A stretch of DNA of 32,000 nt from Mycobacterium tuberculosis H37Rv (GCF_000195955.2 NC_000962.3:4080001-4112000); one strand, 5' to 3'. Positions 1 to 8,260 are shown, numbered from the stretch's first letter. Translations and numbers: made by a program. The notes: generated by a model not told the origin, from the sequence alone.

Positions 1-560
1 CGCGCCACGTGACAAGCGCCGTGCAACTCTTCCAGGTCGGTCTTCCCCCAGTCGAGGCCAGAACCGCGTTCGGACAACAGGAGATCGAAGAACTCGCGGG
101 TCGAGCGGCCGTTGCCCTCGCGGAACGGGTGGGCATAGTTCACGTAGTCGTACCGGTATGCGACCTGGCCAGCGAGATCACCTTCGCCGACCGCTCTGAG
201 CCGGTCGAGCTGGTAGATCTCCGCAGCCACATGCTCCATGGGCCGACTGATGCCGCCCGGCGCGCAGAAAGACTCGTCCTCCTTCTCGATGCCGACTGTC
301 CGCAGATCTCCCGCCCAGACGTAAATGTCCTGGAACAGCTGGCGGTGAATCGCCCGCAGGTATGCGAGATCTGTGCGGTCGCCCAGCAGATTGGGATCCT
401 CGCGGAGTTCGATCACCCGGGCCTCAACGAGGTCGTTCTCGGCATCACGCAGTTCGGCATGCGTTCGAGCGCCGACCCGGTTCCTCAAGACGGACATAGC
501 GGGGATGAAGTAGCCCTGCCAATTCCGTTCGTGATCGCCGGTGTCCCATGGATGCGGCAC
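1..560 (-). CDS. fic: Fic-domain protein (AMPylase / cell-filamentation family); 3' end lies outside the window
   Basis: The minus-strand frame is open from GTG at 560-558 to the window edge. It is missing from the ORF track because its stop is outside the window. Hand translation: MPHPWDTGDHERNWQGYFIP...AYRYDYVNYAHPFREGNGRSTREFFDLLLSERG. HPFREGNGRSTR matches the Fic active-site motif HxFx(D/E)GNGRxxR. The 9..623 + ORF is its antisense shadow. Confidence 0.85.
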   Translation of the reverse strand, partial: MPHPWDTGDHERNWQGYFIPAMSVLRNRVGARTHAELRDAENDLVEARVIELREDPNLLGDRTDLAYLRAIHRQLFQDIYVWAGDLRTVGIEKEDESFCAPGGISRPMEHVAAEIYQLDRLRAVGEGDLAGQVAYRYDYVNYAHPFREGNGRSTREFFDLLLSERGSGLDWGKTDLEELHGACHVA

Positions 561-570
561 TCCACCCCGG

Positions 571-765
571 TTACTGGATGTTGTACCGGCGGCGGACGCG
601 CTCACCCAACTCGGCTGCCGTGATCTTGCCGCGGGCGTAGTCGTTCTGATCGGCACGGGTGGCGGCGGTGCTGCGGGTGCCCTCCAGCTCGGTGTTGCGG
701 CGAGTTGCCCTGACATTCCTGAAGCGCCGCTTCACCTTCTGCAACTCGGTCGCCTGGACAAACAC
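571..765 (-). CDS. 64-aa VbhA-like antitoxin candidate for the downstream Fic protein
   Basis: ORF-track ORF on the same strand as fic, with its stop 10 nt upstream of the fic start. It is small and charged. It contains RRNTELEG, which resembles the inhibitory-helix motif (S/T)xxxE(G/N) of class I Fic antitoxins; the Glu-Gly is conserved and the Ser/Thr register is off by one. Confidence 0.6.
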   Translation of the reverse strand: MFVQATELQKVKRRFRNVRATRRNTELEGTRSTAATRADQNDYARGKITAAELGERVRRRYNIQ

Positions 766-890
766 TTCATCTCATTTGGTGGTCCTGACCAGGATAGTCG
801 ACAGCGCTGACATTGCAGGAAGTTGACCGTCAAGCACAGCACGGTTCTCCACCGCTGATGTACGACCATCATGTCTCGTTGGTCCTGTAA

Positions 891-1351
891 TCGACGGCGT
901 CCCACCGGCTCGACAAGAAATCCCACCAGGTGACTGGACGCAAGGCCGGTGGGGCCCCCTACACCGTCACCATCCCGGAGTTCGGAGCCGCAGCTTTGCG
1001 CGAGCAGCGGGCACTGGTCATCCCGTTCGACCCGGTGTTTCCGGCCCGGCGCGGCACCCGCTAGTCCGAGGCCAACGTCGCACCCACTGGCGGGCGATCC
1101 GCGGAGAGGACTTCAAATGGGTTGTCCCGCACTCGATCCGCAAGTCCGTCGTCACCGCGGTGGAACGCTCGATAGGGCTGGAAGCCGCGGCCCAGCAGGC
1201 CGGGCACAGCGGCAGCGAGATCACCCGGCGGCACTACGTCGAGCGGTCCGTGACGGTGCCCGACTACACCGCCGCCCTGGACGAGTATTCGCGCCCTATC
1301 CGCGCCTTCAGGCCATTAAAGAGCAACAGGCCGGGTGATATACCGACCTGA
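891..1351 (+). pseudogene. Tyrosine recombinase (phage-type integrase) C-terminal relic, frameshifted and N-terminally truncated
   Basis: Hand translation needs two frames. The first frame (891-1061) reads ...QVTGRKAGGAPYTVTIPEFGAAALREQRALVIPFDPVFPARRGTR and ends at TAG 1062-1064. The second frame (1064-1351) reads VRGQRRTHWRAIRGEDFKWVVPHSIRKSVVTAVER...AGHSGSEITRRHYVER, which covers the HxxR box and the GHS...Y catalytic-tyrosine box of integrases. No N-terminal half is present. The 63-aa track ORF 1160..1351 is only the tail. The relic ends 10 nt before the tRNA 3' end. Confidence 0.7.
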
Positions 1352-1361
1352 CCTGCAAAGA

Positions 1362-1437
1362 TGGAGCCGCCTAGGAGAATCGAACTCCTGACCTATTCAT
1401 TACGAGTGAATCGCTCTACCGACTGAGCTAAGGCGGC
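1362..1437 (-). tRNA. thrV: tRNA-Thr (anticodon CGT), CCA encoded
   Basis: Reverse complement: GCCGCCTTAGCTCAGTCGGTAGAGCGATTCACTCGTAATGAATAGGTCAGGAGTTCGATTCTCCTAGGCGGCTCCA. It folds as a 76-nt cloverleaf with acceptor GCCGCCT/AGGCGGC, D arm GCTC/GAGC, anticodon stem ATTCA/TGAAT with loop CTCGTAA, and T arm AGGAG-TTCGATT-CTCCT. The gene symbol is from memory. Confidence 0.95.
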
Positions 1438-1471
1438 TTTTCCCCTGGGTGCCCGCTTGCCGGGCGGCACG

Positions 1472-1501
1472 AGTCTACGGCAGGCGGGCCGGCCCGCCCA
1501 A
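1472..1501 (-). promoter_or_regulatory. Candidate promoter for tRNA-Thr (-35 TTGGGC, 18-nt spacer, -10 TAGACT)
   Basis: The minus strand reads cTTGGGCgggccggcccgcctgccgTAGACTcgtg, about 40 nt upstream of the mature tRNA 5' end. The spacer contains the perfect 16-bp palindrome GGCGGGCCGGCCCGCC (1483-1498), which could also act as a hairpin just 3' of holB. Confidence 0.35.
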
Positions 1502-1515
1502 GTTTGCGGCGGTCG

Positions 1516-2721
1516 CTACCGCAGTTCCTGGCCGATGGTGGCGACCATGGCATCGACGGCGAACTTCGGTTTGACGTTGACCGCTAGCGCTTCCCTGCAC
1601 GCCAACACCGCTTCGATGCAGCGCAGCAGCCGCTCCGGCGGGGCGTGGGCGGCCAGCGCAGCAACCCGGTCGGCCATATCCGGGTGGTTGGCCCGCACCC
1701 CACCCGCGTGGGCTGCGACCAACAGTGCATCCCGGAAGTAGGTCGCCAGATCGATCAGTGCCCGGTCCAGCGCATCGCGCGAGGCCCGCGTCTGCCGGGA
1801 TTTCTGCCGTCGTTCAAGATCCTTCATCGCGCCGGTGGCACCACGCAACGCCGCGCCGGTGCCTTTACCGGTACCTCCGGCTCCCAGCGCCGTCCGCAGT
1901 TCTTCGGTCTCGGCCTCGATACGCTGCGCGGTCAACGCTAAGGCCTCGGCCTCGGCGCCGGCCACCAACTCCTCGGCGGCTGCGTAGGCACGCGAGGGTG
2001 TCGCGGCGTCACGTGCCAGCCCCAAAGCCCGCTCGCGTCGCTGCCGGGCCTGCGGATCGGTGGCCAGCCGGCGCGCTCGTCCGACATGGCCACCACTGAC
2101 CGACGCCGCCCAATTGGCCGTGTCGGGGTCCAACCCGTCGCCGTCGCTCAGCACCTGCGCGATCGCGTGGGTCGACGGAGTCACCAACGCGACATGCCTA
2201 CACCGGGATCGCAGCGTGACCGCAATGTCCTCGGGATCCACCGACGGCGCGCACAGCAGGAACACCGTCGACGGCGGCGGCTCCTCGACAACCTTGAGCA
2301 ACGCGTTGGCGGCGCCTTCGGTCAACCGATCGGCGTCCTCAATCACCACGATCTGCCAGTGCCCGGTAGTCGGCCGGCGCGCGGCGATTTGCACGATGGC
2401 CCGCATTTCGTCCACACCGATCGACAGACCTTCGGGAATCACCCGGCGTACGTCGGCGTGGGTGCCCGCCAGCGTGGTCGTACACGCCCGGCAGCGCCCG
2501 CACCCGGGCTCCCCGCCCGACGTACATTGCAAAGCCGCCGCGAAGCACAGCGCGGCAACCGAGCGCCCAGAACCGGGCGGACCGGTGAGCAGCCACGCGT
2601 GTGTCATAGTCCCGCCGCCACCCGCGCTGTGAGCCGAATCACGACGGGCCGCCTTGGCCGTGGCAAGCAGCTCGGCTTCCACCGCTTGCTGGCCTACCAG
2701 CCGCGTAAACACCCCGGACAT
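1516..2721 (-). CDS. holB: DNA polymerase III delta-prime subunit (clamp-loader AAA+ family)
   Basis: Track ORF 1516..2730. It has P-loop GPPGSGRS, Zn-module CGRCRAC, Walker-B-like VVIEDADRL and sensor/SRC motif LRSRCRHV. Its size and lack of a tau C-terminal region fit delta-prime rather than DnaX. The start is ambiguous: TTG 2730, ATG 2724 or ATG 2721. Confidence 0.85.
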   Translation of the reverse strand: MSGVFTRLVGQQAVEAELLATAKAARRDSAHSAGGGGTMTHAWLLTGPPGSGRSVAALCFAAALQCTSGGEPGCGRCRACTTTLAGTHADVRRVIPEGLSIGVDEMRAIVQIAARRPTTGHWQIVVIEDADRLTEGAANALLKVVEEPPPSTVFLLCAPSVDPEDIAVTLRSRCRHVALVTPSTHAIAQVLSDGDGLDPDTANWAASVSGGHVGRARRLATDPQARQRRERALGLARDAATPSRAYAAAEELVAGAEAEALALTAQRIEAETEELRTALGAGGTGKGTGAALRGATGAMKDLERRQKSRQTRASRDALDRALIDLATYFRDALLVAAHAGGVRANHPDMADRVAALAAHAPPERLLRCIEAVLACREALAVNVKPKFAVDAMVATIGQELR

Positions 2722-2806
2722 CATCGGCAACAGTAGCTATCCGCGCCGACAGATACCGATCAGCGTTCGTTTCGCGACAATTCCGTGATCTTTCGTCGCC
2801 ATTTGG

Positions 2807-4456
2807 ATGGATGCCGAGGCGTTCGTCGGTTTCCGGCAAGTCCCCGCCGCCCGATACGGTGGGCTAATGGCAACCACGGCGGCGCTACCCAGACGGATCC
2901 ATGCATTCGTCCGGTGGGTAGTGCGCACTCCGTGGCCGCTGTTCTCGCTGAGCATGCTGCAGTCCGACATCATCGGCGCATTGTTCGTGCTCGGATTCCT
3001 GCGCTACGGCCTGCCGCCTCAGGACAATATCCAACTGCAGGATCTGCCACCGGTCAACCTACTGATCTTCGTCAGCACGGTAATCATCTTGTTCCTCGCC
3101 GGGGCCGTGGTGAACCTGAAGCTGCTGATGCCGGTCTTTCGATGGCAGCGCCGCGACAACCTGCTCACCGAGCCTGATCCGGCCGCCACCGAGCTGGCCC
3201 GCAGCCGCGCATTGCGCATGCCGTTGTACCGCACTCTGATCAGCCTGGCGGTCTGGGCTACCGGCGGCGGGGTGTTCATCCTCGCCAGCTGGTCGGTGGC
3301 CAAGCATGCGGCCCCCGTCGTGGCGGTGGCCACCGCGCTGGGTGCCACCGCCACCGCCATCATCGGCTACCTGCAGTCTGAACGGGTGTTACGGCCGGTG
3401 GCCGTCGCGGCGCTGCGCAGCGGTGTGCCGGAAAACGTCAACGCACCCGGCGTCATACTGCGACTGATGCTGGCGTGGATTCCGTCCACCGGCGTACCAC
3501 TCCTGGCGATCGTGCTGGCCGTAGCGGCGGACAAGATTGCCTTGCTGCACGCCACACCAGAGGCGCTGTTCAATCCCATCCTGATGATGGCACTGGCCGC
3601 GCTGGGCATCGGATCCGTCAGCACCCTGTTGGTGGCCATGTCGATCGCCGACCCGTTACGCCAGTTGCGCTGGGCGCTAAGCGAGGTGCAGCGCGGCAAC
3701 TACAACGCCCACATGCAGATTTACGACGCCAGCGAACTGGGCCTGCTACAAGCCGGCTTCAACGACATGGTCCGCGAGCTGTCCGAGCGGCAGCGGTTGC
3801 GTGACTTGTTCGGTCGCTACGTCGGCGAAGACGTGGCCCGGCGGGCCCTGGAGCGCGGCACCGAGTTGGGCGGTCAGGAACGCGACGTCGCGGTGCTGTT
3901 CGTGGATCTGGTCGGCTCCACGCAACTGGCCGCGACACGACCGCCCGCCGAGGTGGTCCAGCTGCTCAACGAGTTCTTCCGGGTGGTGGTCGAAACCGTC
4001 GCCCGGCACGGTGGGTTCGTCAACAAGTTCCAAGGCGACGCCGCGCTGGCCATCTTCGGTGCACCCATCGAACACCCCGACGGTGCTGGTGCCGCGCTAT
4101 CGGCAGCACGTGAGCTCCACGACGAACTCATCCCAGTGCTGGGTTCCGCGGAGTTCGGCATCGGCGTGTCGGCCGGAAGGGCCATCGCCGGCCACATCGG
4201 CGCTCAAGCCCGCTTCGAGTACACCGTCATCGGCGACCCGGTCAACGAGGCCGCCCGGCTCACCGAACTGGCCAAACTCGAGGATGGCCACGTTCTGGCG
4301 TCGGCGATCGCGGTCAGTGGCGCCCTGGACGCCGAAGCATTGTGTTGGGATGTTGGCGAGGTGGTTGAGCTCCGCGGACGTGCTGCACCCACCCAACTAG
4401 CCAGGCCAATGAATCTGGCTGCACCCGAAGAGGTTTCCAGCGAAGTACGCGGCTAG
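2807..4456 (+). CDS. Membrane-anchored class III adenylate cyclase with HAMP linker
   Basis: 549 aa. The N-terminal ~270 aa are strongly hydrophobic, with several TM segments. There is a HAMP-like segment (PLRQLRWALSEVQRGNYNAHMQIYDASELGLLQAGFNDMVRELSERQRL). Cyclase catalytic motifs are VAVLFVDLVGST, KFQGDAALAIFGAP, GIGVSAGRAIAGHIG and EYTVIGDPVNEAARL. Confidence 0.9.
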   Translation: MDAEAFVGFRQVPAARYGGLMATTAALPRRIHAFVRWVVRTPWPLFSLSMLQSDIIGALFVLGFLRYGLPPQDNIQLQDLPPVNLLIFVSTVIILFLAGAVVNLKLLMPVFRWQRRDNLLTEPDPAATELARSRALRMPLYRTLISLAVWATGGGVFILASWSVAKHAAPVVAVATALGATATAIIGYLQSERVLRPVAVAALRSGVPENVNAPGVILRLMLAWIPSTGVPLLAIVLAVAADKIALLHATPEALFNPILMMALAALGIGSVSTLLVAMSIADPLRQLRWALSEVQRGNYNAHMQIYDASELGLLQAGFNDMVRELSERQRLRDLFGRYVGEDVARRALERGTELGGQERDVAVLFVDLVGSTQLAATRPPAEVVQLLNEFFRVVVETVARHGGFVNKFQGDAALAIFGAPIEHPDGAGAALSAARELHDELIPVLGSAEFGIGVSAGRAIAGHIGAQARFEYTVIGDPVNEAARLTELAKLEDGHVLASAIAVSGALDAEALCWDVGEVVELRGRAAPTQLARPMNLAAPEEVSSEVRG

Positions 4457-7257
4457 TCGCGCTTGGCTGCCTTCTTCGCCGGCACCTTCCGGGCAGCTTT
4501 CCTGGCTGGCCGTTTTGCCGGACCCCGGGCTCGGCGATCGGCCAACAGCTCGGCGGCGCGCTCGTCGGTTATGGAAGCCACGTCGTCGCCCTTACGCAGG
4601 CTGGCATTGGTCTCACCGTCGGTGACGTACGGCCCGAATCGGCCGTCCTTGATGACCATTGGCTTGCCCGACGCCGGATCTGTTCCCAGCTCGCGCAGCG
4701 GCGGAGCCGAAGCGCTTTGCCGGCCACGACGTTTCGGCTCTGCGTAGATCTTCAGGGCTTCGTCGAGCGTGATGGTGAATATCTGGTCTTCGGTGACCAG
4801 TGATCGAGAATCGTTGCCGCGCTTTAGATACGGTCCGTAGCGCCCGTTCTGCGCGGTGATCTCCTCACCCGAGGCGGGGTCCACTCCGACCACGCGCGGC
4901 AGTGACAGCAGCCTCAGCGCGTCTTCGAGGGTGACCGTCTGTAGGTCCATGCTCCGCAGCAACGAACCGGTGCGCGGTTTGGGCCCGGCGGCCTTCTGGC
5001 GTTTCTTGACTCCCTGAGCGGCCGCGGCCGCATCAGCCGCAGGCTCCGGCAGGATCTCGGTCACATACGGCCCAAACCGGCCTTCCCTGGCCACGATCTC
5101 GTGGCCGGTTTCTGGGTCCAAGCCCAAAGTCCGTCCCTGTTGCGGTGTGGCAAAGAGCTCTTCGGCCACCTGTAGAGTCAGCTCGTCCGGGGTAATCGAG
5201 TCGCTGAGGTTGGCCCGCTGCGGCGTGGGCTCACCGGTGTCGCCGGCCACCAAACGTTCCAGGTAGGGACCGTTCTTGCCCACCCGAACATATATGGGGC
5301 GTCCGTGGGTGTCGTCAAAAAGCTTGATAGAGTTTACTTCTCGTGCGTCGATGCCCTCGAGATTGATCCCGACAAGCTTCTTGAGGCCACCCGATCGGGC
5401 TACCGAATCGGGCACACCGTGATCGCCACCAAAGTAGAAGTTGTTGAGCCAGTTGGTGCGGCGCTCGTTGCCGGCGGCGATCTCGTCGAGCTCGTCTTCC
5501 ATCGCCGCGGTGAAGTCGTAGTCGACGAGCCGACCGAAATGCTGCTCGAGCAGACCGGTTACCGCGAACGCCACCCATGACGGCACCAGTGCACTGCCCT
5601 TCTTGTGCACGTAGCCGCGATCCTGGATGGTCTTGATGATCGACGAGTAGGTCGACGGGCGGCCGATGCCCAGCTCCTCGAGCGCTTTGACCAGCGACGC
5701 CTCGGTGTAGCGGGCCGGCGGGTTGGTGGCATGGCCGTCTGGGGTCAACTCGACGATGTCCAACCGTTGACCCGGGGTCAGATGGGGCAGTCGCCGCTCG
5801 GCATCGTCAGCCTCGCCGCCGACCAGCTCGTCCACGGTCTCCACGTAGGCCTTGAGGAAGCCCGGGAACGTCAAGGTGCGTCCGGTCGCGGAGAACACCA
5901 CCTCCTGGTGCCCCGACATGCCAGTGATCCGCAGGCTCAGCGTCATGCCCCGCGCATCGGCCATCTGCGAGGCTACGGTGCGTTGCCAAATCAGCTCATA
6001 GAGCCGGAAATCATCAATGTTGGGACCGTCGAGTTCGCGACGCACCGCGTCCGGGGTGGCAAACGTTTCACCGGCGGGCCGGATAGCCTCGTGCGCTTCC
6101 TGGGCGTTCTTCACCTTGCGGGTGTATTGGCGCGGCGCCGGCGCGACGTACTCGTCGCCGTAGAGCTGGCGCGCCTGGGTACGTGCGGCGTTGATCGCCG
6201 ACTCCGACAGCGTGGTGGAGTCGGTACGCATATAGGTGATGTAGCCGTTTTCGTACAGCCGCTGGGCGATGCTCATCGTCCGCTCGGCGGAGAACCGCAG
6301 CTTGCGGCTGGCCTCTTGCTGCAGCGTGGAGGTCATGAACGGCGGGTACGGGCGCCGGGCGTAGGGCTTCTCCTCGGCCGAGGCCACGGTCAGCTGCGTG
6401 CCATCCAGGCCCGCGGCCAACGCGGTCGCGCTCCCCTCGTCGAGCACAATGACTTCGTCGCCTTTGCGCAGCGTGCCCAGCGAGTCGAAATCGCGGCCAG
6501 TGGCCACCCGCCGGCCAGCCACGGCCGTCAGCCGGGCGCTGAAGGTGGGCGGCGCGGCGTCCGGGTCGGACACGCTGGCATCCAGCTTGGCAAGGATGTC
6601 CCAGTAGGCCGCGCTGCGGAACGCCATGCGGTCGCGTTCGCGCGCCACGATGATGCGGGTGGCCACCGACTGCACCCGGCCCGCCGACAACTTGGGGGCG
6701 ACCTTCTTCCACAGCACTGGGCTGACTTCGTAGCCGTACAGCCGGTCCAGGATGCGCCGGGTCTCCTGCGCGTCGACCAGGTCGATGTCTAGGTCGCGGG
6801 GGTGCTCGGCGGCGGCGCGGATCGCCGGTTCGGTGATCTCGTGGAAGACCATCCGCTTTACCGGTATGCGCGGTTTGAGGGTTTCCAGCAGATGCCAGGC
6901 AATAGCTTCGCCCTCACGGTCCCCATCCGTGGCCAGATACAGCTCGTCCACGTCTTTGAGCAGGCCCCTGAGCTCGCTGACGGTGCTCCGTTTCTCCGGG
7001 CTGATGATGTAGAGCGGTTCGAAGTCGGCGTCGACGTTGACCCCGAGCCGCGCCCACGGCTGCGACTTGTACTTTGCGGGTACATCCGACGCGGCCCGCG
7101 GCAAGTCACGGATGTGCCCCCGGGAGGACTCGACGATGTAGCCAGAGCCCAGGTAGGAGGCCAGCTTGCGCGCCTTGGTGGGCGACTCGACGATGACCAG
7201 TCGCCGGCCGCTGCCATTGCCGCCGCTGCCACGGCCCTTCGTTTTCGGGTCAGCCAA
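4453..7257 (-). CDS. topA: DNA topoisomerase I (type IA)
   Basis: Toprim LVIVESPTKARKL, the DGDREGE acidic cluster, active-site Tyr context GYITYMRTDS, and a Lys/Arg-rich tail KRPARKAARKVPAKKAAKRD without Zn-ribbon cysteines. I place the start at TTG 7257-7255 (M-ADPKTKGRGSGGNGSGRR), which gives 934 aa. The 61-codon upstream extension in the track ORF has no topoisomerase similarity. Confidence 0.95.
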   Translation of the reverse strand: MADPKTKGRGSGGNGSGRRLVIVESPTKARKLASYLGSGYIVESSRGHIRDLPRAASDVPAKYKSQPWARLGVNVDADFEPLYIISPEKRSTVSELRGLLKDVDELYLATDGDREGEAIAWHLLETLKPRIPVKRMVFHEITEPAIRAAAEHPRDLDIDLVDAQETRRILDRLYGYEVSPVLWKKVAPKLSAGRVQSVATRIIVARERDRMAFRSAAYWDILAKLDASVSDPDAAPPTFSARLTAVAGRRVATGRDFDSLGTLRKGDEVIVLDEGSATALAAGLDGTQLTVASAEEKPYARRPYPPFMTSTLQQEASRKLRFSAERTMSIAQRLYENGYITYMRTDSTTLSESAINAARTQARQLYGDEYVAPAPRQYTRKVKNAQEAHEAIRPAGETFATPDAVRRELDGPNIDDFRLYELIWQRTVASQMADARGMTLSLRITGMSGHQEVVFSATGRTLTFPGFLKAYVETVDELVGGEADDAERRLPHLTPGQRLDIVELTPDGHATNPPARYTEASLVKALEELGIGRPSTYSSIIKTIQDRGYVHKKGSALVPSWVAFAVTGLLEQHFGRLVDYDFTAAMEDELDEIAAGNERRTNWLNNFYFGGDHGVPDSVARSGGLKKLVGINLEGIDAREVNSIKLFDDTHGRPIYVRVGKNGPYLERLVAGDTGEPTPQRANLSDSITPDELTLQVAEELFATPQQGRTLGLDPETGHEIVAREGRFGPYVTEILPEPAADAAAAAQGVKKRQKAAGPKPRTGSLLRSMDLQTVTLEDALRLLSLPRVVGVDPASGEEITAQNGRYGPYLKRGNDSRSLVTEDQIFTITLDEALKIYAEPKRRGRQSASAPPLRELGTDPASGKPMVIKDGRFGPYVTDGETNASLRKGDDVASITDERAAELLADRRARGPAKRPARKAARKVPAKKAAKRD

Positions 7258-7454
7258 CTGCGCCCACGCTCCATCTCTTATCCCGGCCCCTATCGAGACC
7301 GCCCCGGTAGGTAGAGGACGCGGCCGACTGCCGAATCCCAGGTGAATTCCGGTACGCCGGCGTTCCCTCGCCTGTGGGCAACTGACAATCTCGCACTCTA
7401 GGGCGGGCCTGCGCAAACCGGCTGCAAACAGATTACCCACACCAAAGGCTCAAA

Positions 7455-7620
7455 CGGGCCGCTCAGGACGCTCGGAGATCCGCATCGTCGCCGAACTAGG
7501 TCCGACTGCCCGGCTCCTCAGCGGACCCCAGCGGGACCGCATCGTCGCCGAGCTAGGTCCGACTGCCCGGCTCCTCAGCGGACCCCAGCGGGACCGCATC
7601 GTCGCCGAGCTAGGTCCGAG
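7455..7620 (-). repeat. MIRU-type 57-bp tandem repeat (partial + 2 full + partial copies) between the upstream hypothetical gene and topA
   Basis: CCGCATCGTCGCCGA recurs at 7480, 7537 and 7594, giving a period of 57. The two full copies differ at one base (GAACTAGG vs GAGCTAGG). The last partial copy contains the stop codon (7610-7612) of the upstream gene. The reverse complement (TTCGGCGACGATGCGG...CTGAGGAGCCGGGCAGTCGGA) resembles the repeat at 30668-30828. Confidence 0.85.
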
Positions 7621-8188
7621 GCCACTGTACCCATGCCTCGGCCCCGTCTGGGGGTTCCCCCACGTTCTCCACCAGGCGCGATAACCTGCGTCGCCCGCTA
7701 ATCCGCAGCGCTGGTCGGGTCCCCCGGGTACCGATCAGGGTGGGCGCAATCCCGACCCTCATCAGCGCCGACGCCAGCGGAGAATGGGTGTCCGGCGCGT
7801 GTGGATCCAGGCCCAGCAAATAGCGGTCGGCCTCCGGGCTGCCTGCCGCCAGAGTCCAAGCCCTCAGCTCGCGCGGCCCGGGCAGCCATCGCGGGGGCAC
7901 GGTCTTGACCGCACCGCGCGTCCACTCGGCGGCGATGCCGCACAACAGCGGGTCGACGGCCGTCCGCACCAGCGGGGTGTTTTCGTCGGTACGGGCGACC
8001 TCGGGTACCAAACCAGCCTCCTGGATCATCTCGGCCAGGGCCGATGCGCGCCAGGACTCGGCGACGACTACCGACAGCCGAGCGCCGCAACCAACCAGCA
8101 CGATCTGGCCCGGGCCCGCCAGCACCCCGGAAAGATCCGCGACCGCGGGAGGTACTGACTCCGCGGCGAAGAAGGAAAGCTGGCTCAC
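7610..8188 (-). CDS. Conserved hypothetical protein (192 aa)
   Basis: Track ORF with a GTG start (MSQLSFFAAE...). I recognise no motif. The call rests on the ORF length, the position between cspA and topA on the same strand, and the stop embedded in the MIRU, which is typical MIRU context. Confidence 0.65.
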   Translation of the reverse strand: MSQLSFFAAESVPPAVADLSGVLAGPGQIVLVGCGARLSVVVAESWRASALAEMIQEAGLVPEVARTDENTPLVRTAVDPLLCGIAAEWTRGAVKTVPPRWLPGPRELRAWTLAAGSPEADRYLLGLDPHAPDTHSPLASALMRVGIAPTLIGTRGTRPALRISGRRRLSRLVENVGEPPDGAEAWVQWPRT

Positions 8189-8195
8189 CTCACCG

Positions 8196-8201
8196 ACAGT
8201 A
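8196..8201 (-). promoter_or_regulatory. -10 hexamer TACTGT, 7 nt upstream of the GTG at 8188 (leaderless-mRNA candidate)
   Basis: The minus strand reads ggctTACTGTcggtgagGTGagc. This matches the mycobacterial -10 consensus TANNNT, and the spacing puts the TSS at or next to the start codon. Confidence 0.4.
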
Positions 8202-8260
8202 AGCCAGCGAGCGGGTCGCTGGCTTTAGGCATCCGGCGCGGCGGCAGCGCGCCATGTGGC

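Noticed and set aside
9-623. 204-aa + strand ORF at the window start
   Set aside because: It is antisense to the Fic gene, whose minus-strand translation carries a perfect HPFxxGNGRxxR motif. The + frame has no recognisable family and is a typical high-GC shadow ORF.
1160-1351. 63-aa ORF as an independent gene
   Set aside because: It is the in-frame tail (GHSGSEITRRHY catalytic-Tyr box) of the broken integrase. Upstream homology continues across a stop and a frame change, so it is treated as part of a pseudogene.
5605-6792. 395-aa + strand ORF inside topA
   Set aside because: It is antisense to the well-supported topA frame. Its Arg/Gly/His-rich composition is typical of reverse-frame translation of GC-rich genes.
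7258-7440. 61-codon N-terminal extension of topA in the track ORF
   Set aside because: The extension has no topoisomerase similarity. The conserved N-terminus begins at M(TTG)-ADPKTKGRG, and a GGAG lies upstream of that TTG.
7455-7620. The tandem repeats considered as a possible CRISPR array (also 30668-30828)
   Set aside because: The copies are directly adjacent with no unique spacers, the period of 57-58 bp equals the repeat itself, and the sequence matches the MIRU style. No cas genes are present.
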